A stretch of 64,000 nt of DNA from Vulcanimicrobiota bacterium (GTDB taxonomy: Bacteria; Vulcanimicrobiota; Vulcanimicrobiia; Vulcanimicrobiales; Vulcanimicrobiaceae): contig CAWGBN010000008.1 in the NCBI GenBank assembly GCA_963820825.1, positions 416,001-480,000 on the forward strand. Direction: 5' to 3'. The notes under the pieces are model-generated. The model worked only from the letters and a program-made list of their open reading frames with translations. It had not been told where the DNA came from and ran no database searches. This document shows, one piece after another, positions 37,883 to 53,512 of this stretch (position 1 is its first letter; each line of letters opens with the position of its first letter). A program made the translations under genes and the position numbers.

Positions 37883-39190
37883 TTAATGTTCCTCGTTTTT
37901 CTGCGTGTCGGCGATCTGCCAGCGCGAACGTAAGCCGAGCCGCCCGAGAATCGAACTGACGTGCCGCTCGACGGTATGTTCGCTGATCTGCAAGGCCACG
38001 GCCACCTCGCGGTTGCGCGCGCCTCGACGAATCAACTGGGCGACCTGCTCCTCACGGCCCGTTAGCGTGGACCCGCTCGGGCGTCCACGCGGGCGCCGCT
38101 CGCCGGCCGGCTCTTGCGCCACGAGCAGCCGCATCGCTTCGTTCGTCCAACGGCGCAGACCCATCGCACTGAATGCTCGCGCGGCATCGCCGGCATCGTC
38201 GATCCAGCCGCCGCGTTCGCCCGATCGCGAAAAGAGATGGGCGCGCGCGAGCAGGTGGTGCGCGTGCAGATAGGGTCGAGCCGGGGCGATGACCGCCGCG
38301 AAAGCCTCGACCGCGAAGCGCGCTTCCTCGATATCGCCGCACTGTGCGGCAGTCGCGAAAAGCTCGACGGCGCTCGCCGCGCTATCTGCTTGGAAGAGCG
38401 CGCGGCGCAAAGCGATCGCGACGGGCGTTGGCGTTCCCGGACCCGGCGTCCGCGACCCGACGAGCACGGCCACCGTTGCCGCGATCGCGGACTCGGACAG
38501 ATCGCAGCGCAGCGCGGTATCGAGCATCCCGGGCGAGGTCCATTCGGGTAGCGCGGCGTCGTCGCCGAGCTCGACGGCAAGTTGCGCGCCCGTCGCTGCA
38601 AAGAGCGCGAGCTCTTCGGGCGAACGAGCGGCTGCGCGACCGCGCGCCACCAGAGCTTCGGCGCGCTCGAGGTCGCCCGCATCGAGCGCGAGCCCGGCCG
38701 CGGCCGCAACCGCGCGCAGCAGCCAACTCTGGAACCCATGCGCTTCGGCCAGGGCGATTGCGTCGTCGATCGACGTGCGCGCAAGGATCACGTCGCCGAA
38801 GAGCAACGCATGCTGCGCCAAACGTTCGCGTGCCGCGACAGCAAGGTGGAAGCGCCGCTGCGCCATCGCGCGGTCGTGGGCGGCCCGCAACGAGTCGAAG
38901 GTGCCGACGGGGCCGGCCGCCCACGCGAGCACGACACCGGCGACGATATGGTCTTCAGGGCTCGGCTCGAGGCTCGTCGCCCCATAGTAAGCAGCGACCT
39001 CGGCACCCGTTCGGCATGCAAGCAAGTCGGCATCGACGAATCGCGCCAGGCCGCGGTCGTCCCCCGCCAGCGCGCAGAGTGCCGCGCGCTCGCGTAGCGG
39101 CGCGCGGGCAAGCGTGAGCTCGGCCGAAGCTTCCCTCAGCCGGCATTGCGCGATTAAGCCGTCGATCTTCTGCTCATCGAAGATCATCAA
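37883..39190 (-). CDS. LuxR-family HTH regulator with helical (TPR-like) N-terminus
   Basis: LTGREEQVA.LI..GARNREVA..L.ISEHTVERHVSSILGRLGLRSR. Confidence 0.85.
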   Translation of the reverse strand: MMIFDEQKIDGLIAQCRLREASAELTLARAPLRERAALCALAGDDRGLARFVDADLLACRTGAEVAAYYGATSLEPSPEDHIVAGVVLAWAAGPVGTFDSLRAAHDRAMAQRRFHLAVAARERLAQHALLFGDVILARTSIDDAIALAEAHGFQSWLLRAVAAAAGLALDAGDLERAEALVARGRAAARSPEELALFAATGAQLAVELGDDAALPEWTSPGMLDTALRCDLSESAIAATVAVLVGSRTPGPGTPTPVAIALRRALFQADSAASAVELFATAAQCGDIEEARFAVEAFAAVIAPARPYLHAHHLLARAHLFSRSGERGGWIDDAGDAARAFSAMGLRRWTNEAMRLLVAQEPAGERRPRGRPSGSTLTGREEQVAQLIRRGARNREVAVALQISEHTVERHVSSILGRLGLRSRWQIADTQKNEEH

Positions 39191-39239
39191 AGCCTAATCT
39201 AGCAAGCGATTCTTAAGTGCCCATTATCCCTTCCGCTAC

Positions 39240-39305
39240 GTCATCCTAAGGACGCGCATCCCGGCGCCCTTCGACTGCTCTCTGCGCTCGCGCTCTGGGT
39301 GACAC
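39240..39305. repeat. REP-like element (GTCATCC...CCTTCGAC...GGGTGACAC)
   Basis: Shares CCTTCGAC and GCTC.GG.TGACAC with 39638-39677. Confidence 0.55.
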
Positions 39306-39363
39306 ATCTAGACGCGCTGCGCCCGGGCGACAAGGAGTTTGAACTGTGTCACGGCCACTACAA

Positions 39364-39393
39364 ACGAGGCGCCGCATTACTGCGACGCCTCGT
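39364..39393 (-). terminator. Probable intrinsic terminator of the minus-strand ncRNA
   Basis: ACGAGGCGTCGCA-GTAA-TGCGGCGCCTCGT, then TTGT. The one non-Watson-Crick pair is G-U only on the minus strand. Confidence 0.6.
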
Positions 39394-39549
39394 GCGTTTC
39401 GATGTGTCGACGACCTGATACGTTGCCGACGATATCACATCTGCAGCGACTTCGCAACGGCTTTGGTCCGTTCCGGCTGGAGCGCCCGGGAATCGAACCC
39501 GGAGCCGATCGGCGTATCAGATCGTCGGTCGACACCATCGAAGCGCCCC
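39394..39549 (-). ncRNA. Structured ncRNA of unresolved class; 39549-39478 folds as a 72-nt tRNA/tmRNA-like domain
   Basis: GGGGCGC/GCGCTCC-A acceptor with G3-U70 and T-arm CCGGG-TTCGATT-CCCGG. The 5' about 40 nt can alternatively pair with 39394-39429. Confidence 0.6.
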
Positions 39550-39591
39550 AGCCCATCTCATTCACGCGGTGAAGACGCAATGACAATGCGA

Positions 39592-39621
39592 CGAAGGCGC
39601 GCTTCGATTAGCGCGCCTTCG
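39592..39621. terminator. Perfect 12-bp hairpin
   Basis: CGAAGGCGCGCT-TCGATT-AGCGCGCCTTCG, downstream of 39687..40925. Confidence 0.5.
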
Positions 39622-39637
39622 CTCAAACGTCGCTCGT

Positions 39638-39677
39638 CCTTCGACACGCGCGCTCCGCGCGCGGCTCAGGATGACAC
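39638..39677. repeat. REP-like element
   Basis: CCTTCGACACGCGCGCTCCGCGCGCGGCTCAGGATGACAC. Confidence 0.55.
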
Positions 39678-39686
39678 ATTTCAGAG

Positions 39687-40925
39687 CTACGGGATCAAGC
39701 GGAAGACCGTGCCGTAGTATTCGGCGGCGCCGCCCCAGAAGGTCGTTCCGTAGAGAACGCCGTTGACGTTTCGCAGACCCGCTTCGGGATTTGCACCGTT
39801 GGGATCGCCGCGGAAGCGATAGACGACGTGTTCGGTTCCGAAGTGGTCGGTGCGGAAGATCGTACCGCAGCGATAGTAGCCGTCCTTGCGAACGGCGCCC
39901 GACGAAATGCATTGGTTGGCCTTATGCGGACTATAACCGCCGCCGGTCGTCGTGCCGTAGAGCTGCCCGTTAACGTTGGAGAGGCCAGCAACGGGATATG
40001 CACCGTCGAGTTTAAAGCCGAAGCTATGGATCACGAGCTCGTGGCCTTGCGGCGTCATCTCGTAGATCGTTCCTCGCTCCTCCTCTCCGCCGCCGCGGGT
40101 CGTTCCGAAAAAGACGCCGTTGTAGTAGAGCAGCGTGCCGTTGGGCCCTTTTCCATCGCCGTTCGTGACCGCAAAACTATGCAGGACCTTCTCTTGACCT
40201 AACGCGTTGATCCGATAGACGCTTCCGCCCGATTCGGTCTTGCCGCCGGCGAGCGTCACGCCGTAAAGCCAGTTGTTGACGCGAACGAGCCCGCCGCCGG
40301 GATGTCCGCCGTCGCTCGGCGCCCCGGCAAAGCTATGGAGCACGGTCTCGTCGCCGGCTGGATCGACGGCAAAGACGATGCCGCGATCGTGTTTGCCGCC
40401 CTGACGCGTCGTGCCGTAGAGAACTCCGTTGACAACGAGCAATCGCGATTCGGGATCGGTGCCGTCGCTCGGTCTGCCGAAGTTGTAAACGACGTGTTCG
40501 CTGTCGCCGGGACTCATCGAGTAGACGGTTCCGCCGCCGTGCACGCCGCCGGCGGAGGTGGTACCGTAGAGCTGCCCGTTGAGTGAGACCAGATCCGCCA
40601 GCGGATACGCGCCGTCGGGCGTTCCGGTAAATTTGTGGACGGTGCGGAACTTGCCAAGCGGGCTGATCGCAAATACCGTGCCGTAGCCGGCGCCGTACGA
40701 CGAAGTCGTTCCGTAGAGCGTGCCTTTGACGTTGACGAGCGAGGCTTGCGGCTCCCCGCCGCTCATCTCGCCTTTAAAGCTGTAAAGCGTTACCAAGTTA
40801 GCACTCTCGGGCGACGTTCGAAACGCCGCGTCGGTAAGCGAGCCACCGGGCAGCGCCCCGCCTCCGGCGATTCGGGAACAGCCAACGATGAGAAGAGAGC
40901 AAGCAATCAATGTAAGAGTGCGCAC
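39687..40925 (-). CDS. Lipoprotein with 'GloVer'-type tandem repeats (LYGTT..GG..G.GTVF), beta-propeller
   Basis: GGAGG RBS, GTG start, lipobox IVGC, about 7 repeats of L/VHSF..DG..P...L....G.LYGTT. Confidence 0.85.
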   Translation of the reverse strand: MRTLTLIACSLLIVGCSRIAGGGALPGGSLTDAAFRTSPESANLVTLYSFKGEMSGGEPQASLVNVKGTLYGTTSSYGAGYGTVFAISPLGKFRTVHKFTGTPDGAYPLADLVSLNGQLYGTTSAGGVHGGGTVYSMSPGDSEHVVYNFGRPSDGTDPESRLLVVNGVLYGTTRQGGKHDRGIVFAVDPAGDETVLHSFAGAPSDGGHPGGGLVRVNNWLYGVTLAGGKTESGGSVYRINALGQEKVLHSFAVTNGDGKGPNGTLLYYNGVFFGTTRGGGEEERGTIYEMTPQGHELVIHSFGFKLDGAYPVAGLSNVNGQLYGTTTGGGYSPHKANQCISSGAVRKDGYYRCGTIFRTDHFGTEHVVYRFRGDPNGANPEAGLRNVNGVLYGTTFWGGAAEYYGTVFRLIP

Positions 40926-40991
40926 GACGACCCTCCGAGTGCCGCAGCGAGGCGGCAAAAACGTTGCTTTCCGTTCTGCGATACGGCTCTC

Positions 40992-48100
<7,109 letters not shown>

Positions 48101-48131
48101 AGTCACTCTCCTACAGGATAGCCCTTGGTTT

Positions 48132-48157
48132 GTTCCCACTCTTTCGGCGGTATTAAC
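48132..48157 (-). promoter_or_regulatory. Putative SigB/SigF-type promoter for the hybrid kinase
   Basis: GTTAA-N15-GGGAAC upstream of the RBS. Confidence 0.4.
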
Positions 48158-48195
48158 GTAAGGACTTTTGTTCAATAGGAGCTGGAGACGGAGGT

Positions 48196-49694
48196 ATGGT
48201 GCGCTCGCTCGACGCTCGGCCGAGCGCGGCTCGACCGCGTCCTCGCGTGCTGGTGCGAGCGGGCCGCGCGTTGACGCTCTCGCCGATCTGCACCAAGCTC
48301 TTACGCAGATCGCCGCAATCGGTCGTTGCGCGATTTCGGCGGACCACTGCGCGATCGAGATCGCCACCCCCGAGACGGCCTCGCATTCGCGCGAGGCCGG
48401 CGCGTGCCGGGCGACGAGCGGTGACTCGATCGTGAAGAGCCGCTCAGCGACGGCCGCGATACCCTCGGCACGATTACCTGCGCGAGTCGGCATCGGCGAA
48501 CGGCTACGACGAGGCCGCGCGTAAAGCGCTGAAAATCCTCGCCACGGAGCTCGGCATCGTCATCGCGAGCCAAGCATTGACGCGGCGCGAGCACCGCGTC
48601 GCCGACCGGCTCCAGCGCGCGCTGCTCCCCGAGCACCTTCCCGAGATTCCCGGTGCCGAGTTTCACGCCTCCTACCGCCCGGCGAGCGACGAAGCCGAGG
48701 TCGGCGGCGATTGGTTCGATGCGTTCCACTCTTCCCGACCGGCGCGTCGCCGATCTCGGTCGGCGACGTCGCCGGCCACGGATTCGAAGCGGCGGTCATT
48801 ATGGGTGAGGTGCGCCAAGCGATCCGCACCGCCGCGGTCGCCGCGCAGAGTCCGGCGGCGGTGCTCGATTACGTCAACCGGATCATCGGCTTGCGCGAGC
48901 CGGTCGAAATCGTAACGGCGATCTTCGGAATCTACGATCCCGAGACGAGCACGCTGACCTACGCCTCCGCCGGACACCCGCCGCCGCTCTTTGCGCTGGC
49001 AAACGGCTTGGTGCGACGGCTTCCGTCGGGGAGTCTCCCGCTCGGCTGCGTGGAGTCGCTGGGAAGCCGCGATTGGACGGTGACGCTCCCGGCGGGTTCG
49101 CAAGTAGTCTTCTACACCGACGGGCTGATCGAAAACGAACGCGACCTGATCGCCGGCGAGAAGCGGCTCGTCGACGCGGTTAAGGCGTTAACCCTGGAAC
49201 GCCGCGTCGCTGGGGCCGTCTGCGGCGATCCCGCGCTCGCGGTCGAAGAACGAATCTTCAACGGCGCTTCGAATCGCGACGACGCGGCGGTGCTCGTTCT
49301 CTGTCGTGAAGCACCCATTTCGCGTTACGTTTTCTCGGCAGTGGATACCGTCGCGCCGATCGCGCGCGCGATCATCGGTGACGACCTCGACGGGCTGGGT
49401 ATCGATGACGAGCGGCGCTTCGGCGTACTCGTCGCCGTCGGCGAAGCAGTTGCCAATGCGGTGGAGCACGCCTATCGCGGCGGCGACCCGGGATTGATCC
49501 GCTTCGAGATGGCGCGCGAAGAGGGTCTCTTCGTCGTGACCGTTGAGGACTTCGGACGATGGAGACCCTTCGTGCGCCGCGAGGAGCGCGGCCGAGGTAT
49601 CGAACTGATGCACGCGTTCATGGACGGCGTGCAGATCCACTCCACGCACGAATCGACTCGAATCGTGCTGAAGGCGCAGCTAGCCGGCGCTTAG
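48196..49694 (+). CDS. Sensor-SpoIIE/PP2C phosphatase fused to an RsbW-type HATPase, frameshifts in the N-terminal part
   Basis: GGAGG RBS, LQRALLP, EVGGDWFD, VGDVAGHG, AGHPPP, YTDGLIE, DDAAVL, then EAVANAVEHAY, VEDFGRW, RGRGI. Confidence 0.88.
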
Positions 49695-50311
49695 GGATCC
49701 CAACTCGAACGGCCGGTCGGCGACGAAGTTGGCGCCGCCGTTGCCTGCTGGCCGGGCTTCGCGTACTTGCCCACGACCAGCACGTCGCGCATTCCCGAAT
49801 GATAGTGGAAGGCACAGCCGATCAGATAGATGCCGTCTTTGACCAGTGTCATCGTGACCGATTTTCCGTGAGCGATCGGGCCGCTTGCGTAACCGGAGGC
49901 GAGTTTGCCGTCTCCCTTTGCCTTGACCGAGAGAATCGGGTCCTTCGGAAAGACCGCGGGCGCCTTGGCGATCACCTTCACGACGTCGAGCGTATGCGTG
50001 TTGCTCTTCGAGAGGTTGTGAATCGTGATCTTCGTGCCGGGCGGAAAGCCGAGCGCTTGCGAGCGGGTTTGTTGCGTATAGCCGCCCAGCGTCGCCTTCC
50101 ACTTCGACGATTTTAGTTCTCCGAGCCCTTCGCCCGGGAGCTCTTCGCCGATGGTATCCTTCGGCATCGTTGCGTACATCGCGAGATCGCCGACCGGCGG
50201 CAGCATCACCGTATTCCCGCCCATGGCGCTGCCGTTGGTCATGCGTCCGCCGCAGGCGCTGATCGCAAGACCCGCGATCGCCAGCCCGACGGCAATAAGT
50301 CTCCTGGACAT
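49691..50311 (-). CDS. Cupredoxin-like (type 1 copper) lipoprotein
   Basis: Lipobox ISAC; HTL plus CAFHYHSGM. Confidence 0.75.
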   Translation of the reverse strand: MSRRLIAVGLAIAGLAISACGGRMTNGSAMGGNTVMLPPVGDLAMYATMPKDTIGEELPGEGLGELKSSKWKATLGGYTQQTRSQALGFPPGTKITIHNLSKSNTHTLDVVKVIAKAPAVFPKDPILSVKAKGDGKLASGYASGPIAHGKSVTMTLVKDGIYLIGCAFHYHSGMRDVLVVGKYAKPGQQATAAPTSSPTGRSSWDP

Positions 50312-50331
50312 CTTCTCCCCCTTACTGATAG

Positions 50332-50952
50332 CTATGGTTGATAGCTCGAATGTGAACTCGGCGACTGCGTCGACCGCGGCGGCGGCGTCGCCTGCGGCCC
50401 GGGGGTAGCGTGGACGGCGACGACCAGCACGTCGCGCATTCCCGAATGATAGTGGTACGCGCAGCCGATTAAATAGATGCCGGCTTTGGCGAGCGTCACC
50501 GTCACCGATTTACCCGGCTTGATCGGACCGCTCGCGTAACCGAGTTGGAGTTTACCGCCGCCTTTGGGGGGGATCGAAAGCTTTGGATTTGCCGGGAAGA
50601 CCGCGGGCGGCTTGGTGACCACCTTCACGACGTCGAGCGTGTGCGTGATCTTCGACGAGAGATTGCGAATCGTGATCTTCGTGCCGGGCGGAAATCCGAG
50701 CGCTTGCGAGTAGTGCGTCTGCGTATATCCGCCGAGCGTCGCGACCCACTTCTTGGATTTGATCGTACCGAGCCCTTCGAACGGAAGCTCCTCGCCGATC
50801 GTGTCCTTTGGAACGTTTGCGAAGAGTGCCAGATCGCTATCGATCTGCGGAAGGACGACCGTGCCTCCACCGCGGCCAGCGCCCGCGCCGCCGCACGCGG
50901 CGACGGCGAGGCCTGCAAGGGCGACGGCCAGCGCGATAAATTTCCTCACCAT
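50332..50952 (-). CDS. Cupredoxin-like lipoprotein, tandem paralog
   Basis: Lipobox VAAC; HTL plus CAYHYHSGM. Confidence 0.75.
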   Translation of the reverse strand: MVRKFIALAVALAGLAVAACGGAGAGRGGGTVVLPQIDSDLALFANVPKDTIGEELPFEGLGTIKSKKWVATLGGYTQTHYSQALGFPPGTKITIRNLSSKITHTLDVVKVVTKPPAVFPANPKLSIPPKGGGKLQLGYASGPIKPGKSVTVTLAKAGIYLIGCAYHYHSGMRDVLVVAVHATPGPQATPPPRSTQSPSSHSSYQP

Positions 50953-50958
50953 TCCCCG

Positions 50959-50990
50959 ACTCTAGGCCGGGGGCATGAAGAAAGTCTAAA
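50959..50990 (-). promoter_or_regulatory. TTC direct-repeat promoter, leaderless (cupredoxin pair)
   Basis: TTTAG-N6-TTCAT-N10-TAGAGT-N6-ATG. Confidence 0.55.
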
Positions 50991-51000
50991 AACGCCGGCT

Positions 51001-52060
51001 CTAGACGTTCAAGCGAAGGCGCATGCTCGTCTCGGTCGTCGCCCCGCTCTCCGGGTCGGTGACGACGATTCGCACGGTCACGGTCTGCTGCCCCATCAGC
51101 GTCGTCAGCCGCACCGCGAGCTGAAAGTTCCCGCGCGGGCCGGCCGTCACCGTGTCGCTGAAATTCCCCGGTCGACGCGGGAGAGGGACCGGCGGTTATG
51201 CGAACACGCCCGTTTGCGACCGTGTTTCCCGAGATGGTGAAGTTCCGGCCGACGGCCGCGTTCGGCGCCGGCTGGTAGATCGTGAGCGGCATCTCCGGAC
51301 GCAGGACCGTGAAGGACCAGGCGCGATCGAAGGTGACCCCGCCGGGACCACGGCCCGCGACGCGCACGGTATGGCTGCCGAATGCGAGCGGCGCCGGCGG
51401 TTTAAAGGAAAAGCCGGTGGCCGAGACTCCGCTCTGCATCGTTCTGTTCGCGTCGTCGAGCCAAACGCGCACGCTTGCGGCATCGACGTTACGCGTGAAC
51501 TGCGCCCTGATCAGCGCGAACCGGTCGCGGGTCTCGCCTCCCGGCGACGGCTGCTGCGCCCGCAACCGCACCTCGGGTGGCGGATTCGGCGGCGGCGGCA
51601 TCGGTGGACGCGGATTCGGCGGGGGCGGCACGGGACCCGACATTTGAATCGCAACGACACTCGTCGATGCATCGTATCCGACGTTGGCACCGAGCGATTG
51701 TGCGACGAAACGCAGCGGAACGTAGGTCGTCGCGCCTACGATGAACGGGGCGACGTCGAGGGTCTGCACTTGCCCGTTGACGGTCGCTTGCGTCGAGCCG
51801 ATGTGGAGTGAGATCGTCGTGCTCTCTTTGGTCGCATTGATCGTACCGGCCGAGTAGACGACCGCGGCGCCGAGCCGCTCGAATATTCCACGCAGTGGAA
51901 CGAAGACGCGCCCGACGCGTTCGATCGGACCCGGATTGAGGTAGAGCGGCTGACCGTTGACCGTAACCGTGACCTGCTGCGCGAGCGCCGGCGGCGAACC
52001 CGCCAGAGCGAGTGCGACGATCAGAGCCGCGGCGAGGCGGCGATGCGACGTTGCGAACAT
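51001..52060 (-). CDS. Secreted copper-amine-oxidase N-terminal (stalk) domain protein, frameshift near 51160
   Basis: GRVFVPLRGIFERLGA, TYVPLRFVAQSLGA, Pro linker, Ig-like C-terminus ending RLNV-stop at 51001. Confidence 0.8.
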
Positions 52061-52072
52061 GAGGTGGCCTTT

Positions 52073-53350
52073 TTACCGGCCGGCTGTGGCGCCCTGCCCC
52101 TTCGCTCGCTCCTCGGCCTCCGCACGCAGTTGTGCGAGCAGCACGATGCGGACCATCTCGATTCCCGGCGACAGAAGGACCCAGTACCGTCGAAAGCGCC
52201 GGCGGCTCTGCGGATCCGTCGCGAGCGCACGCGTCTGGGTTCGGGCAATCGAGGCGTGCTCGCCGAGCGGGTCGATGCGCAAGTTGAAGGCGATCTTGAC
52301 GTACCCCGGGATGTCGAAACGCTTGAACTCGACCGGACTCAAGCCGCGAAAGACCGGTTCGCTCTCCCACGGTTTGGTGACGGCACCAAAGACCAACTCA
52401 CGCCCGGTCTCTTCGCCGACGATCCTCCATCCGAGATCGTCGAGTTGTTCGAGCAGCGCGTGACGCGGCTCGCGCTCTGGGTGATGGCCCCGCATAAGGA
52501 TTTGTCGCGCGCGAAAGAGCGCCTGAACGATCGGAGAGCGTTCGAGATCCGTCTCGCGCATCGCGTCGAATGCCAGTGCCGCCGGAGCGTCGATCTTGGT
52601 CTCATGATCGAGGCAAACGTCGTATTGCGGCATCGACTCGTCGAGCAGCGAACTCGCGCGCTTGGTGTTGCCAAAACGTGCCCACGCCACGGCGGCGTAG
52701 CTCAAATACGCCGCTGCGGCGACGAGGCCGAATCCCGCGACGACCCGGATCGGTCTTTCGCCCCACGCGTGCCGCCGCCGCATGTCGGATCGCGCGAGGC
52801 ACTCCATGCGACCCAACCATCGCGAGCAGTCCTTTTCACCCGGCGCACCGGCGTTTCCGACGAGCGTTACGCGCACTGGAGCGACGCCGATCATCCTCAA
52901 CATACGCGTTAGGCTCTTGATCATGTGGGCGCCGAAATAGCTGCGGTAGACGAGGGCGGGCATACCCATCGTCACGACCAGCCGCGCGGATTTTCCACCC
53001 AGTAGCCTTTTGCCGGAGCGATCGCCGGCGGCGACCACCAAACCCGGCCGAAAGAGTTGTTCGATCAATCCCTTGAGCAACGCGGGCATATCACCGATCC
53101 AAAGCGGAAAGAAAAAGACCAACTGATCGGCCCACGCAATGTCGTGCTGCGCCGCTTGGACTGCTTCGGGCGCGGTGCCCTTGAAAAAGTCGTCGTAGGT
53201 GCGAAGGATCGGGAACTCCAATCGCGAGACGTCGACGACGCGCACTTCACCCCCGGCCGCCGTCATCGCTTGCGCGTATCGGCCCGCAAGGACCCGATTG
53301 AGACGCTCTTCCGACGGATCGGGGTGACCGACGATGATGGTGGACTTCAA
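52073..53350 (-). CDS. Flavodoxin-2 NAD(P)H:quinone oxidoreductase fused via a TM helix to a DUF2867-like domain
   Basis: GGAGG RBS and TTG at 53350; GHPDP, WAD.LVFFFPLW..MPALLKG, TMGMP; C-terminal SLLD..MPQYD, KIAFN, T.T..TD..SRRRFRRYW. Confidence 0.8.
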   Translation of the reverse strand: MKSTIIVGHPDPSEERLNRVLAGRYAQAMTAAGGEVRVVDVSRLEFPILRTYDDFFKGTAPEAVQAAQHDIAWADQLVFFFPLWIGDMPALLKGLIEQLFRPGLVVAAGDRSGKRLLGGKSARLVVTMGMPALVYRSYFGAHMIKSLTRMLRMIGVAPVRVTLVGNAGAPGEKDCSRWLGRMECLARSDMRRRHAWGERPIRVVAGFGLVAAAAYLSYAAVAWARFGNTKRASSLLDESMPQYDVCLDHETKIDAPAALAFDAMRETDLERSPIVQALFRARQILMRGHHPEREPRHALLEQLDDLGWRIVGEETGRELVFGAVTKPWESEPVFRGLSPVEFKRFDIPGYVKIAFNLRIDPLGEHASIARTQTRALATDPQSRRRFRRYWVLLSPGIEMVRIVLLAQLRAEAEERAKGQGATAGR

Positions 53351-53379
53351 GTTATGTGCCTCCGAAGCTTGACGGCGGC

Positions 53380-53411
53380 ATCCTAGCACGCCATCGGGAA
53401 GGCCTGAGGAA
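53380..53411 (-). promoter_or_regulatory. TTC direct-repeat promoter, leadered
   Basis: TTCCT-N6-TTCCC-N10-TAGGAT. Confidence 0.7.
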
Positions 53412-53512
53412 GATCCTGAAAAGCGGGGGGCTACTAAGCAAGCGGGAAAAGGAGGAGCGATCTCAAAAGGGTCGGCTTTCCCAGACTTCTGTTTTACTTT
53501 TTGGAGGTTTGT

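Noticed and set aside
39478..39502. att site of an integrated element
   Set aside because: No integrase and no second copy of the 3' fragment seen in the window.
39478..39549. Canonical tRNA-Ala/Ile, tRNA-Sec/Pyl or full tmRNA gene
   Set aside because: No proper anticodon stem, no TCA/CTA anticodon, and no room for a tag ORF or pseudoknots. Kept as an unresolved ncRNA.
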